Under the pieces are notes generated by a model that saw only the letters and a list, made by a program, of their open reading frames with translations, did not search any database and was not told where the DNA came from. DNA of 25,853 nt from a virus (lineage: Duplodnaviria > Caudoviricetes). Each line of letters begins with the position of its first letter. Position 1 is the first letter of the stretch. Where the stretch lies: positions 1 to 25,853 of the IMG/VR virus record IMGVR_UViG_3300020349_000029. One strand, 5' to 3'. The translations under genes and the position numbers were made by a program. Below are positions 16,478 through 25,800 of this stretch, piece after piece.

Positions 16478-16836
16478 CAATAGAAAATTTTGAAAAATGT
16501 TGCGAAAGCATACAGAAAGCGTTAGATTATGGAAAGAACAGTCATACTATTGATGATGTAAGACAAAGTATAGCCAAAGGTGAAATGTTTTTTCATTCTT
16601 TAGGAAACTCCTTCATTATTACTGAAGTTCATGTATTTCCACAGTATTATAATTTACACGGTGTTTTAGCTGGTGGTCATACAGAAGAAATAAAAAAAAT
16701 AATGCCTATGTTAGAAAACAAAGCAAGAGAAGTAGGTTGCAAATACACAACTTTAACAGGAAGAAAAGGTTGGCAAAGAGAGTTTAAAGATGTTGGTTAT
16801 AAACCAACTTTCTTTACATTAGATAAGGAGTTATAG
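16474..16836 (+). CDS. GNAT-like virion-assembly protein
   Basis: LAGG...AREVGC...GRKGW motif; position just before the ejection proteins. Confidence 0.75.
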   Translation: MTIENFEKCCESIQKALDYGKNSHTIDDVRQSIAKGEMFFHSLGNSFIITEVHVFPQYYNLHGVLAGGHTEEIKKIMPMLENKAREVGCKYTTLTGRKGWQREFKDVGYKPTFFTLDKEL

Positions 16837-16838
16837 AA

Positions 16839-18356
16839 ATGGCTAAATCAAAAGGTAGTAATAGTTCAGAACTAGACCCCGCCATTAAAGCAATGATGCA
16901 AGAAACCTTTAACATTGGTAAAGGTGCTGTAATGGAATCAGTCGATACAGGTCGTAGAGATATGTATGGTCAACCTATTATGGAACAAAGATTAAAAGAT
17001 TATGAAGCGTATCAAGACCCAAGATTTGCTGAAGCAGATACTTATACAACAATCGGTGAAAGAGAAGCATTAAAATTTTTAGGCGGTAATCAGTTTGCAG
17101 AAACAGATAGGATGAACGACTTATATGGTAGAATGTCGAATGTTGCTAATTACACACCTGACCAAGTATCTTCAAGAGATGTATCTTCAAGAGATGTTGC
17201 CGCTGGTACTATTGATTTACCAAGTGAAATAGCTAGAACAATGGTATCTTCAAGAGATGTAACAGGCGAAAGAGTTGCAGACCCAAATGACATTTCAGCA
17301 AGAGAAGTTTTAGAAAGAGGTTTTGATATTGAGAGAATTAGTCAGCCTGGCTTAATAAACCCTCAAACTTTAGCAAATACTTCTTTGGACCCGTATATGA
17401 ACCCTTATAACGAAATGGTTAGAGATGTAACTATTAATGAAATTTTAGAAGGTAGAGATAAATCATTATCACAATTACAAGATAGGGCCATTCAAGCAGG
17501 TGCATTTGGAGGTACTAGAGAGGGTGTAGAAGCTGGTCTTATACAAAACAAAGCATTATCAGAAATAGCTAAACAAAGTGCATTATTAGGTCAACAAGGT
17601 TTTAACACAGCTTCACAATTAGCTTCTCAAGACATAGGTTTATTAAATCAAGCACAAAGAGATAACATTACAAATCAAATGGAATCACAAAGATTAAATC
17701 AAGCAACTGATTTAGCGGCCGAACAATCAATGTTAGATGCGGCCATGGAAGCACAAAGATTAAATCAATCTAGGGATTTATCACTAGGTCAATTTAATAC
17801 AGAAATGATGCAACAATCTGCTTTAGCAAATCAAGCCAACGCAAGAGAAATTGATTTAGCAAATGCTACTAGAGATTTACAAGCACAAGGCATGAATCAA
17901 GAAGATGCGTTTAGAGTCGCACAATCAAATGTCGATAATAAATATAGAGCCCAAGCACAGAATGTAGCTAATCAACTTGAAGCAGATTTAGCCAATCAAT
18001 CATCATCATTACAAGCAGATTTAGCCAATCAATCATCATCATTACAGGCAGGTATGGCTAATCAAGGTGCTGGTCTTGAAGCTAACGCATTGAATCAACA
18101 AGGCTTACTATCAGCGGCCGATTTAGCTTCTGGTGTTACAGATTCAGCTTTAGGCCAATTTGGTGCTATGACAGATATAGGCGATAGAAGAATGGCGAGA
18201 GACCAACAACAATTAGATTTTGATTATCAACAGTTCTTAGAAGGACAAGAATATCAAATGATGTTAGCGCAATATTTAGGTGGTATATTACAAGGATTCC
18301 CAACACCTATGAAATCAACAGGAAAACAAAGCAGTTTCTCAACATTATTTGGATAA
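16839..18356 (+). CDS. Internal virion/DNA ejection (pilot) protein
   Basis: PYMNPY, AGAFGGTR, Q/A-rich ANQ repeats, DFDYQQFLE..YQ motif. Confidence 0.75.
   Translation: MAKSKGSNSSELDPAIKAMMQETFNIGKGAVMESVDTGRRDMYGQPIMEQRLKDYEAYQDPRFAEADTYTTIGEREALKFLGGNQFAETDRMNDLYGRMSNVANYTPDQVSSRDVSSRDVAAGTIDLPSEIARTMVSSRDVTGERVADPNDISAREVLERGFDIERISQPGLINPQTLANTSLDPYMNPYNEMVRDVTINEILEGRDKSLSQLQDRAIQAGAFGGTREGVEAGLIQNKALSEIAKQSALLGQQGFNTASQLASQDIGLLNQAQRDNITNQMESQRLNQATDLAAEQSMLDAAMEAQRLNQSRDLSLGQFNTEMMQQSALANQANAREIDLANATRDLQAQGMNQEDAFRVAQSNVDNKYRAQAQNVANQLEADLANQSSSLQADLANQSSSLQAGMANQGAGLEANALNQQGLLSAADLASGVTDSALGQFGAMTDIGDRRMARDQQQLDFDYQQFLEGQEYQMMLAQYLGGILQGFPTPMKSTGKQSSFSTLFG
17166..17260 (+). repeat. 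15-bp in-frame repeat GTATCTTCAAGAGAT (VSSRD)
   Basis: Tandem copies at 17166-17180 and 17181-17195, third copy at 17244. Confidence 0.9.
17980..18045 (+). repeat. Perfect 33-bp in-frame tandem duplication (ADLANQSSSLQ)
   Basis: AAGCAGATTTAGCCAATCAATCATCATCATTAC twice. Confidence 0.9.
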
Positions 18357-18366
18357 GAGGTAAAAA

Positions 18367-19674
18367 ATGGTTATAGATAGAAGAAGAAAATTTTTAGAAG
18401 ATTTAAACTTAATACAGCTAAGTAAACCTAGTAGCAATAATAACGCAGGAATGCCTAACCCTAATATTGGTTTTTCACCTTCAACAACTCAAGGGGTTGA
18501 CCCTTCTAAAGTTGAAGGGCCAAGTATTCTTGATATTGGTGATATAGCCAGAGGTGCAATATCACAAAAAATAGGCATAGTAGGTCCTGACGACATATTT
18601 AGTGCAGAAGTTAAAGCTGGACAAAAAGATACACTAGACGAAACTGTAAGTATTATTGATGATACAGGCAGAGTAGTCCATACAGGAGAAAGAAGTTATG
18701 TTGGTTTAAGTAGTAAACTAAGGGAGTTACAAGAAAAAAATCAAGAAACAAGATACAGAGTTATTAATGATGTAGATGTTCCTAATTTTCTTGATAGATT
18801 TAGAAGTTTAGACGCAAACCAAAAGAGAATAATACAACCATTAAATATGGTAGATAAAGACCCTGATATTTTTAAAAGAGTTACTTCTGGTGTTACTGAA
18901 GATGTTTTCAATCAATCTATTGTAGATAAAATTAAAGATGTAAGATTTGATAGCAGAAATAAAAGTGAAGGTGGTAAACCAACAATTAGAAATTTTGATT
19001 ACTATAATAACAAATATGAATTAGATTTACCTAATGTGCCTTTTAGTGCTTACGGTCAAGGTGAAAGACCTTTACAATTTTTTGGTGGAAATTATGCAGA
19101 TTTTAGAGGCTATACTGAAACAGGTTCTGATAACCCTATTTTATCAAGAATGTTTCCTAAATCAAAAATAGCTGGAAACATTATAGATAAAGTATATTTA
19201 CCACTAACTTCTTTTGTTAAAAGAAAAATAACAGGTAGTGAAAATCAAAGAATATCAAAAGCATTTATTGATGAAAATGTTGCGCCTAGAATACCAGGCA
19301 CACAAAAAACAGATTTAGAAAATGTAAATGATATGTTGTTTTGGGAAGGTGAATTAGTAAAACAACTTGAGTCTGCTATAAACATGAGAGATAAATTAAT
19401 TAATTCACCATCACCTACAAATGAAGACCAACAGGAAGTAAATAATTCAGAACTTGTGGCATACAATAATAGAATCGCTGAATTACCAGGTATTATTATG
19501 GCAAATAGAGCCATGTTGGCAAAAGCGTATGAAACTGGTGACCCTACAATTCAAGATAAAATAAATATAGTTCAATCAGATTCAAGTTCTCAAGACCTTA
19601 TAGAAGGTTTAGAAAATTTAAACACAAGAAGAAAAAAAAATAGTAACAGATTTAATTTACAACGAAGAAACTAA
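18367..19674 (+). CDS. Putative internal virion protein
   Basis: 435-aa ORF with GAGG SD; assigned by position only. Confidence 0.6.
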   Translation: MVIDRRRKFLEDLNLIQLSKPSSNNNAGMPNPNIGFSPSTTQGVDPSKVEGPSILDIGDIARGAISQKIGIVGPDDIFSAEVKAGQKDTLDETVSIIDDTGRVVHTGERSYVGLSSKLRELQEKNQETRYRVINDVDVPNFLDRFRSLDANQKRIIQPLNMVDKDPDIFKRVTSGVTEDVFNQSIVDKIKDVRFDSRNKSEGGKPTIRNFDYYNNKYELDLPNVPFSAYGQGERPLQFFGGNYADFRGYTETGSDNPILSRMFPKSKIAGNIIDKVYLPLTSFVKRKITGSENQRISKAFIDENVAPRIPGTQKTDLENVNDMLFWEGELVKQLESAINMRDKLINSPSPTNEDQQEVNNSELVAYNNRIAELPGIIMANRAMLAKAYETGDPTIQDKINIVQSDSSSQDLIEGLENLNTRRKKNSNRFNLQRRN

Positions 19675-19686
19675 GAGCAATAAATA

Positions 19687-22600
19687 ATGGCATTATCAGA
19701 AACAGATAAGAAAAGAAAATTAGGGCAAATATATAAATATCTTGATATGGAACCAAATATTGATGGTAGTTATGGTGGTGGGTATGATATATACAACCAA
19801 GATGAAAAAACTACTGTAAGTGATTATAACAATATAGTTGGTATATTAGATAATTCTAATGAACTAGGTCTTAACGAAGAAACGCAAGAAGCATTATTTG
19901 GTATTGGAAACAACTTAAATCAAAGAATAGATAATCAACAGTCAACTGTAAAACCACTTAGAAGTTTTAATCAAAATCTTTTAGACAAAGTTGGTGGTGT
20001 TTTAGATTTTGGTCAATCAGCACCTAATTTAATTCAAAGAGATTTAAACAAAATTTTTAATACTGATTATTTTGATTTAGATGACCAAGGCGCACCTTGG
20101 AGTGGTAGATTAAAAGATTTTGCTTTTGATAAAGGAAATATTGGTTATGGTAATGTTGACGAAAGAACATTGCCTACTAATTTTTCTTCAAGAGCTGGTG
20201 ATTTTGCTGGAGATGTTGTACCTTATGCTTTTGCATTTAATAGATTTATTATGAACCCTACAAATCCTTTTGCAAAAACTTTACCTGTTTCAAGTGGGTA
20301 TAAACCACCAGTTGCGTTTAAAAATTCAAACAGAAATGTTACTCAAGGCAGAGATAGTTATTTAACAGATATTACAGAGCCTATGAGAAGATATACTGCT
20401 ATGAACCCTAAAACAGCAGGATTAACAGAGATTACTTCTGGATTAGGTTATGCTGGAGGAATGGCATTGAGAGAAGATGCTCTTGAAAATACAAATATTG
20501 CTAACCCTGAAACAGTACCTGATTACATTACAAGAGGTTTTGTTGAAGCATTACCTTTAGCTACCACATTATTTACAGGTGTTGCTCCTGAATTAACTAA
20601 ACAAGGTGCAGGTGGTATTTCAAGGGCTTTACAGAGAAGTTTAGGAACAGGTGATGCAGGTCTTATAGGTAGAACAATTAGAGGTCTTGATACTGCCATG
20701 CAAGGCAACGATAGTTTCTTTAAAGAGTTTAGAAAAGGTTTTTCAGGCAAAGGCATGGAAAGTAAGGCTCTTTCTGAAACTGATATAGTCGGCTCTAAGC
20801 AAAAATTTGTTGGTGGTGTTATGGGTTATTTAAAAAACACTTCACAAAATATAGCCTTACATCTAAGAAGTAACTCTAAATTAAAAGGTATAAGTGGCAA
20901 AACAGATGAAGAAATACAAGCGTTAGCTGAAGAATATGCTTATAAACAATTAGAAAGAGCCTTGTTAATTGCTAAAGAGGACCCAGCAGAATTATTAAAA
21001 AACATAAAAGCTAGTAACGAAAGAATTGCAAAATTATCAACAAATGAAATAGATGATGAAATTGGTCAGTTATCTTTTATAGCGAGTCAAAGAGGTGATG
21101 TGCCTGAAAGTCAAAGTCCAACCTTAATGGCTCTCACAAACTGGGAAGCAAAAAACAATGAAGCGTTTTTAAAAAGATTTGCACAAAATCAATCTACAAG
21201 AGAAAAAAATATGAATCAAAGGATTCAAGACATTCTTGGTAATAGTGAAGCAGAGTTTACTGGTATGAGTTATGCTGAAGCGGTAGAACAAGCATTAGCA
21301 GAAGAAAGTGGTAACATAACAAAAACTATAGACGATTTTATTACTGCAAGTTTTAATAGTTTAAAAGATGAGTTTAAATTAACAGATAAAGAAGCATCAA
21401 CTAGAACTACACAAGTAATTAGAACAATATATGATGATGTTAAATCACAAGAAAAAGCATTATGGAAATCAACAGAAAACAATTTTGAAACTACAACAAA
21501 ACAACCTTTTATAAAATTAGAGGAAGCTAAAAACTCAGCAATTAATTCTAACCCAAGTGATACTTTATATAATAACTCATTAAGAAAACCTATAAACACA
21601 GTTATAAATAAACTAAATGAGGGTGAAACTATAACTTACAAAGAAGCGTATAATTTAAAAAAATCTATTGATGCAGAAATTAATAAAGAATTACAAAAAG
21701 GACCAGATTTATTTCAACCAAAATTAAATGAACTGTATAATTTAAGAGTTGCTTTAAATGACGATATTGGTAAAGGTTTTGCTTTTGCAAAAGAAGCCGT
21801 TGCTCAAACTAAAGGTAAACATGATGCGTTTACTCGAAACGAAACTATTTATAATATTATAAACAAAACAAGTAGAAATACTTTTCAACAAGAAGAATCA
21901 CAATTAGCTGAAATATTATTGGAGCAAGGTGTAGCTAAATATGACAAAACACCATTTGCATTAAATCAAGTACAAGAAGGTTTAAAAACTGCTATACCTT
22001 TAACAGGTAAAAATTTAAAACAACAACAAGCACTTATAGACGAAAGTGAAAAAGGTGTTCAAGGTATGTTAGCTTTAATGGTTGATGATGTTTTTGACCC
22101 TGGCACAGGAACCTTTAACCCAACTTCAATTACAAAATGGATTGCTGAAAATCAAAAAACTATTAACAAATATCCTGAGTTTAAAAAACTTGTTGATAAT
22201 TATAAAAATGATGTTGGTACTTTAGCTAAATTACTTGAAGAAAATGCTTTTGAATTAAATACAATTATTAAAGACCCATTTACTAATAAAATTAAATTAA
22301 CTCGTAAACCAAATACACAAGAAGTTAATTATTTTAGTCAATTAATTAATAGTGAAAATCCAAGTGTTGTTTTAGAAAAAGTTTTACTAGACCAAGAAAA
22401 TGGCGCAGGTCAGCTTATGAATATTATCAACAATACAAAGAAATTTAAAAATTCTAAAGATGCTATAAAAGGTTTAAAAAGTTCTGTTGTCGAAGCTATT
22501 TCAAGAATGGGCTTTGAAACTTCTGATAAAACACCAGGCGTTTTAGTTTCTTCTAATTTTTCAAGTATATTAAGTAAACCTCATGGTGCAAATAAAACGC

Positions 22601-23154
22601 TAAGAGAAACTTTGCAAAAATCAGGTTTATTTACAAAAAAGGAATTAGACAATCTTGATACTGCTTTAAAAGTATATGACCAAGATTTAGGTGCTTTAAA
22701 CAACCCTGATTTGTTTAGAGCATTAAAAGAAATAGACCCGACAAATGGTATGATTGATACTTTTGTTCGAGTTGCGGCCGCTAACTTCTCAACAAACTTT
22801 TCAACTGGTGCTGGTGCTGGTCTTGTTATTGCTGGTAGATTTACTAAACTAGCAACTGCTATGTTGCAAAATTTAAAGAACGACCAAATAAAAAGAATTA
22901 TTGAAGATGCTTTGTTAGATAGTAAAAAAATGGAAAGATTATTAACAATAGGTCAAAACTTAAATACAGATGTTTCCTCTCTTGGATTACCAAAAAATAA
23001 AGCTGAAGCATTTTCTAAATTTAAAAGTTTTCTCTTAGCATACGGTGTTGAGTTAACTTACCCTGAGTTTGAAAAATCATGGAATGAAATGACTGCTGAA
23101 GAAAAATTAAATAAAAGTATATTAGACGCTAGAAATGTGCCTATTATACCTTAG
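19687..23154 (+). CDS. Large putative internal virion/ejection protein
   Basis: 1155 aa, mostly helical; last large gene of the podovirus virion module; assigned by size and position. Confidence 0.65.
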   Translation: MALSETDKKRKLGQIYKYLDMEPNIDGSYGGGYDIYNQDEKTTVSDYNNIVGILDNSNELGLNEETQEALFGIGNNLNQRIDNQQSTVKPLRSFNQNLLDKVGGVLDFGQSAPNLIQRDLNKIFNTDYFDLDDQGAPWSGRLKDFAFDKGNIGYGNVDERTLPTNFSSRAGDFAGDVVPYAFAFNRFIMNPTNPFAKTLPVSSGYKPPVAFKNSNRNVTQGRDSYLTDITEPMRRYTAMNPKTAGLTEITSGLGYAGGMALREDALENTNIANPETVPDYITRGFVEALPLATTLFTGVAPELTKQGAGGISRALQRSLGTGDAGLIGRTIRGLDTAMQGNDSFFKEFRKGFSGKGMESKALSETDIVGSKQKFVGGVMGYLKNTSQNIALHLRSNSKLKGISGKTDEEIQALAEEYAYKQLERALLIAKEDPAELLKNIKASNERIAKLSTNEIDDEIGQLSFIASQRGDVPESQSPTLMALTNWEAKNNEAFLKRFAQNQSTREKNMNQRIQDILGNSEAEFTGMSYAEAVEQALAEESGNITKTIDDFITASFNSLKDEFKLTDKEASTRTTQVIRTIYDDVKSQEKALWKSTENNFETTTKQPFIKLEEAKNSAINSNPSDTLYNNSLRKPINTVINKLNEGETITYKEAYNLKKSIDAEINKELQKGPDLFQPKLNELYNLRVALNDDIGKGFAFAKEAVAQTKGKHDAFTRNETIYNIINKTSRNTFQQEESQLAEILLEQGVAKYDKTPFALNQVQEGLKTAIPLTGKNLKQQQALIDESEKGVQGMLALMVDDVFDPGTGTFNPTSITKWIAENQKTINKYPEFKKLVDNYKNDVGTLAKLLEENAFELNTIIKDPFTNKIKLTRKPNTQEVNYFSQLINSENPSVVLEKVLLDQENGAGQLMNIINNTKKFKNSKDAIKGLKSSVVEAISRMGFETSDKTPGVLVSSNFSSILSKPHGANKTLRETLQKSGLFTKKELDNLDTALKVYDQDLGALNNPDLFRALKEIDPTNGMIDTFVRVAAANFSTNFSTGAGAGLVIAGRFTKLATAMLQNLKNDQIKRIIEDALLDSKKMERLLTIGQNLNTDVSSLGLPKNKAEAFSKFKSFLLAYGVELTYPEFEKSWNEMTAEEKLNKSILDARNVPIIP

Positions 23155-23169
23155 TAAAAGGAGCAAAAA

Positions 23170-23304
23170 ATGAAAAAATTATTATTAATACTACCTATTT
23201 TATTAGTAGTTGGTTGTGCATCAGGTCATGTAAATGTATCTACACAAATGCCAAGCAATACTGATTTAGAAATAGTAATTAAATCTAAACCAAACGGAGA
23301 ATAA
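23170..23304 (+). CDS. Small lipoprotein, 44 aa (MKKLLLILPILLVVG|CASGHVNVSTQMPSNTDLEIVIKSKPNGE)
   Basis: Not in the ORF track. AAGGAG SD, MKK + hydrophobic core + VVGC lipobox. Confidence 0.8.
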   Translation: MKKLLLILPILLVVGCASGHVNVSTQMPSNTDLEIVIKSKPNGE

Positions 23305-23306
23305 TT

Positions 23307-23879
23307 ATGGCAAAAGCCGCAGGGTCTGCCGCCGCCTCAGGAAGCATGAATAGTATAATGAAAGCGGCCGTTCAAAAAAGAATGGCTGATAAATTTGGTG
23401 GTGATGGTAGTTTAGTGGAATCTAGTAACAATCTTATGAACTCTCCTGAAATTATTAGAAAAGGTATAACTGATAAAGTTGCAAGTCTATCAGACCCAAA
23501 AACTTATAGAGATGCTGTGAGTGTTTCTTTAGAGCCTGTTAGACTAACTGAAAATTTATTTAATAAAGATGATAGAACTTTTGGTGAAAGAGGTTACGAC
23601 TTATATCAAAATAGATTAGAAGAAAAATTTGGTGCTGACAGAAGTCCTTTTGCAGACATGGCTGACAATAGAAATACAATTTCAAAAAATCAATCACAAG
23701 AGGATATGATTCTTGATTCTATAAAAAATCAATTTGATGAAAATAAAGATTATTTTAGAACACCTATCAAAACTATTGATGCTTTAGGTTTAAATAATGC
23801 ACAATCAAATCTTGCTCAAGAAGAAATAAAAAAAGCTAACAGAAAGTATAAATTAAAAAAGCGTGGTATATTTGGTTAA
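23307..23879 (+). CDS. Hypothetical protein
   Basis: 190-aa ORF with GGAG SD. Confidence 0.7.
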   Translation: MAKAAGSAAASGSMNSIMKAAVQKRMADKFGGDGSLVESSNNLMNSPEIIRKGITDKVASLSDPKTYRDAVSVSLEPVRLTENLFNKDDRTFGERGYDLYQNRLEEKFGADRSPFADMADNRNTISKNQSQEDMILDSIKNQFDENKDYFRTPIKTIDALGLNNAQSNLAQEEIKKANRKYKLKKRGIFG

Positions 23880-23921
23880 TTTTCACCAAACAAAAATAAA
23901 ACTATACAAGTAATAATAAAC

Positions 23922-24143
23922 TCAAGTACGCTTTTCATATCCATTTTCCAATAAAAAATTATAATGCTCTAGTTGTTCGTTAATTAATTTAATACCATGT
24001 TTTAACTTATCAAACTCTTTTTCAGTTTCTTTTGTAAAAGGTGTTGTTACTGATAAATCTTCTAAGCGTTCAAGTGCGTTTCTATGAACAATACTTAGCC
24101 CTAATGAAATGTTTGTATAAACTATTGTATCTTCTATATTCAT
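23922..24143 (-). CDS. Hypothetical protein
   Basis: 73-aa ORF with AAGGA SD and its own promoter. Confidence 0.7.
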   Translation of the reverse strand: MNIEDTIVYTNISLGLSIVHRNALERLEDLSVTTPFTKETEKEFDKLKHGIKLINEQLEHYNFLLENGYEKRT

Positions 24144-24170
24144 AATATTTTCCTTTCCTTAATTAAGGTC

Positions 24171-24198
24171 ATATTACTTCGATTCGAAATTGTGTCTA
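24171..24198 (-). promoter_or_regulatory. Sigma70-like promoter
   Basis: TAGACA-16 bp-TAATAT on the minus strand. Confidence 0.55.
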
Positions 24199-24217
24199 GA
24201 TTGTGATTGAAATTTGT

Positions 24218-24237
24218 TGTTGATAAGTTGTGAATAA
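24218..24237. promoter_or_regulatory. Tandem DnaA-box-like pair (second copy)
   Basis: TGTTGATAA-gt-TGTGAATAA. Confidence 0.6.
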
Positions 24238-24262
24238 AGTAAGGGGCTATTAACCCCTTACT
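24238..24262 (-). terminator. Intrinsic terminator, possibly bidirectional
   Basis: AGTAAGGGG...CCCCTTACT inverted repeat with T-rich runs following on both strands, 12 nt after the GHKL gene stop. Confidence 0.75.
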
Positions 24263-24274
24263 GTTTCCTTTTTG

Positions 24275-25762
24275 TTATACTTTAAGTATTATTAACTTTG
24301 CACCTATTTTACATAAGCCGTCATAGTAATTTCTACTAAGGTGGTCAGCAGAATAGTAATGGCCAAACTCATGTATTAACAGTTCAAGTATCTCTTGTTT
24401 GTTTGTATCTAAATCAAACCATTGACGACCAAGAACATTAAAGAACAACTGCAAGTTTCCACGACCATAACTTGCAAGAGCCCCTGTCCCGTCATGTACT
24501 GTAACTGATAAACTTCCAAAGCCTAATTGTTGATGTAAGAACTTTGCATAGTCAACTACTTCTTGCATTTTATCATCAACAGGAACTTCTTCTGCTCCAC
24601 CAGTAAATTCAGGTTTTGCATACTTACCAATTTGTCCAGACGGCAAAGCAAAATCAGAATATTCTTCTCTTGCTTCTTTTACTTTAGACCATGCTTCTTT
24701 AGAAAGTTGGCTACCTGAGATAACTTGTCTTTCATCTGCAAACGCTTTCTTGTTTGCTTCAATATCAGACATATCATATACAACTGCATCTTCACCAAAC
24801 TTAGCATCAATAACAGACTTAACTGCTTCAGCAGTAGCTTCTTTTTGCTCTAAGGCCTCTTGTGCAAAAGTTGTTTGCAATTCATCTTCTGATAAATCAG
24901 TATGAGTTTGATTTAATACAAATGCTTTTAACTTTTTAAGATAAGTTGGTTTTACATTGTCTCTATCTTTAGAAAGAGGAACTTTCTGATTAACATTTAT
25001 TGTAAAAGGTATATCAGTTTCAACAACTGGTATTCCTAATTCACAAATATAATTTTTATCTAAAGACTTAAACAATTCAACTTCAGTTAGTCTTGAAGTA
25101 GGTGTAAAATTACCTGATTCATCAACAGTTACAGTTGGTAAAGTTTCTGTAAAGACTGAGTGATTGTTTGCTCTTTTTAATAAAACATTGTTAATCAAAA
25201 ACTCAACATTTTTTGGTGGTATTATAGTTTTAGATAAGTTTAATATTTCTTCATATTCACTTTTCTTTAACTTAATTACACCTTCAAAAATTGAACCTTT
25301 TTCAGTTTTAGTTGAGGTCTTAGTTCTAGTGCCATTAGATTTAAAAAGTATAGTTCCTTTTGTGCTAACTATCTTTGCTTCTTTAAACATAGCTAAAGAA
25401 GATTTAGTGCCGTAGGAAAATCTACCTCTCTTTGAAGTATCACTAGCTTTGTAACTTTCATTAAATAATGTATAAGCATCAGCTAATTTTTTAAATCCTT
25501 CAGAACTATCATCAACAACTTTAATTGTTGAACCATTACTATCCCAAGAAACAGTAACTTCGCATTTAGAAATATCTTCATCAAAAGCATTAGAAACTAA
25601 TTCTTTAATAATAAAGATTTTGTTTTTATCAGATTGATTCTTTTTAAGACCAATATGATTTACACTAAACCATTTATTATTTAAACGAGAAGGTTTTGTC
25701 TGCATATCGCTAGAGTCTACCTTACCAACTTTAGTTGGATTTTTTTGTGAAAGTAAATTCAT
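24275..25762 (-). CDS. GHKL (HATPase_c) ATPase fused to a C-terminal zincin HExxH domain
   Basis: IIKELVSNAFD (N box), VVDDSSEGF (G1), RGRFSYGTK (G2); C-terminal ELLIHEFGH. Confidence 0.85.
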   Translation of the reverse strand: MNLLSQKNPTKVGKVDSSDMQTKPSRLNNKWFSVNHIGLKKNQSDKNKIFIIKELVSNAFDEDISKCEVTVSWDSNGSTIKVVDDSSEGFKKLADAYTLFNESYKASDTSKRGRFSYGTKSSLAMFKEAKIVSTKGTILFKSNGTRTKTSTKTEKGSIFEGVIKLKKSEYEEILNLSKTIIPPKNVEFLINNVLLKRANNHSVFTETLPTVTVDESGNFTPTSRLTEVELFKSLDKNYICELGIPVVETDIPFTINVNQKVPLSKDRDNVKPTYLKKLKAFVLNQTHTDLSEDELQTTFAQEALEQKEATAEAVKSVIDAKFGEDAVVYDMSDIEANKKAFADERQVISGSQLSKEAWSKVKEAREEYSDFALPSGQIGKYAKPEFTGGAEEVPVDDKMQEVVDYAKFLHQQLGFGSLSVTVHDGTGALASYGRGNLQLFFNVLGRQWFDLDTNKQEILELLIHEFGHYYSADHLSRNYYDGLCKIGAKLIILKV

Positions 25763-25771
25763 AATGTAACC

Positions 25772-25800
25772 ATATTAGATGATGCGAACATTACTGTCAA
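25772..25800 (-). promoter_or_regulatory. Sigma70-like promoter giving a (near-)leaderless transcript
   Basis: TTGACA-17 bp-TAATAT, with the -10 only 9 nt from the ATG and no SD. Confidence 0.7.

Noticed and set aside
2338-24237. 22-bp direct repeats as attL/attR or terminal repeats
   Set aside because: Phage-like genes continue on both sides, there is no integrase in the window, and the sequence is explained as a DnaA-box pair.
19245-25415. ORFs 19245-19514, 20523-20756, 21270-21599 and 25164-25415
   Set aside because: Antisense shadows of long genes.
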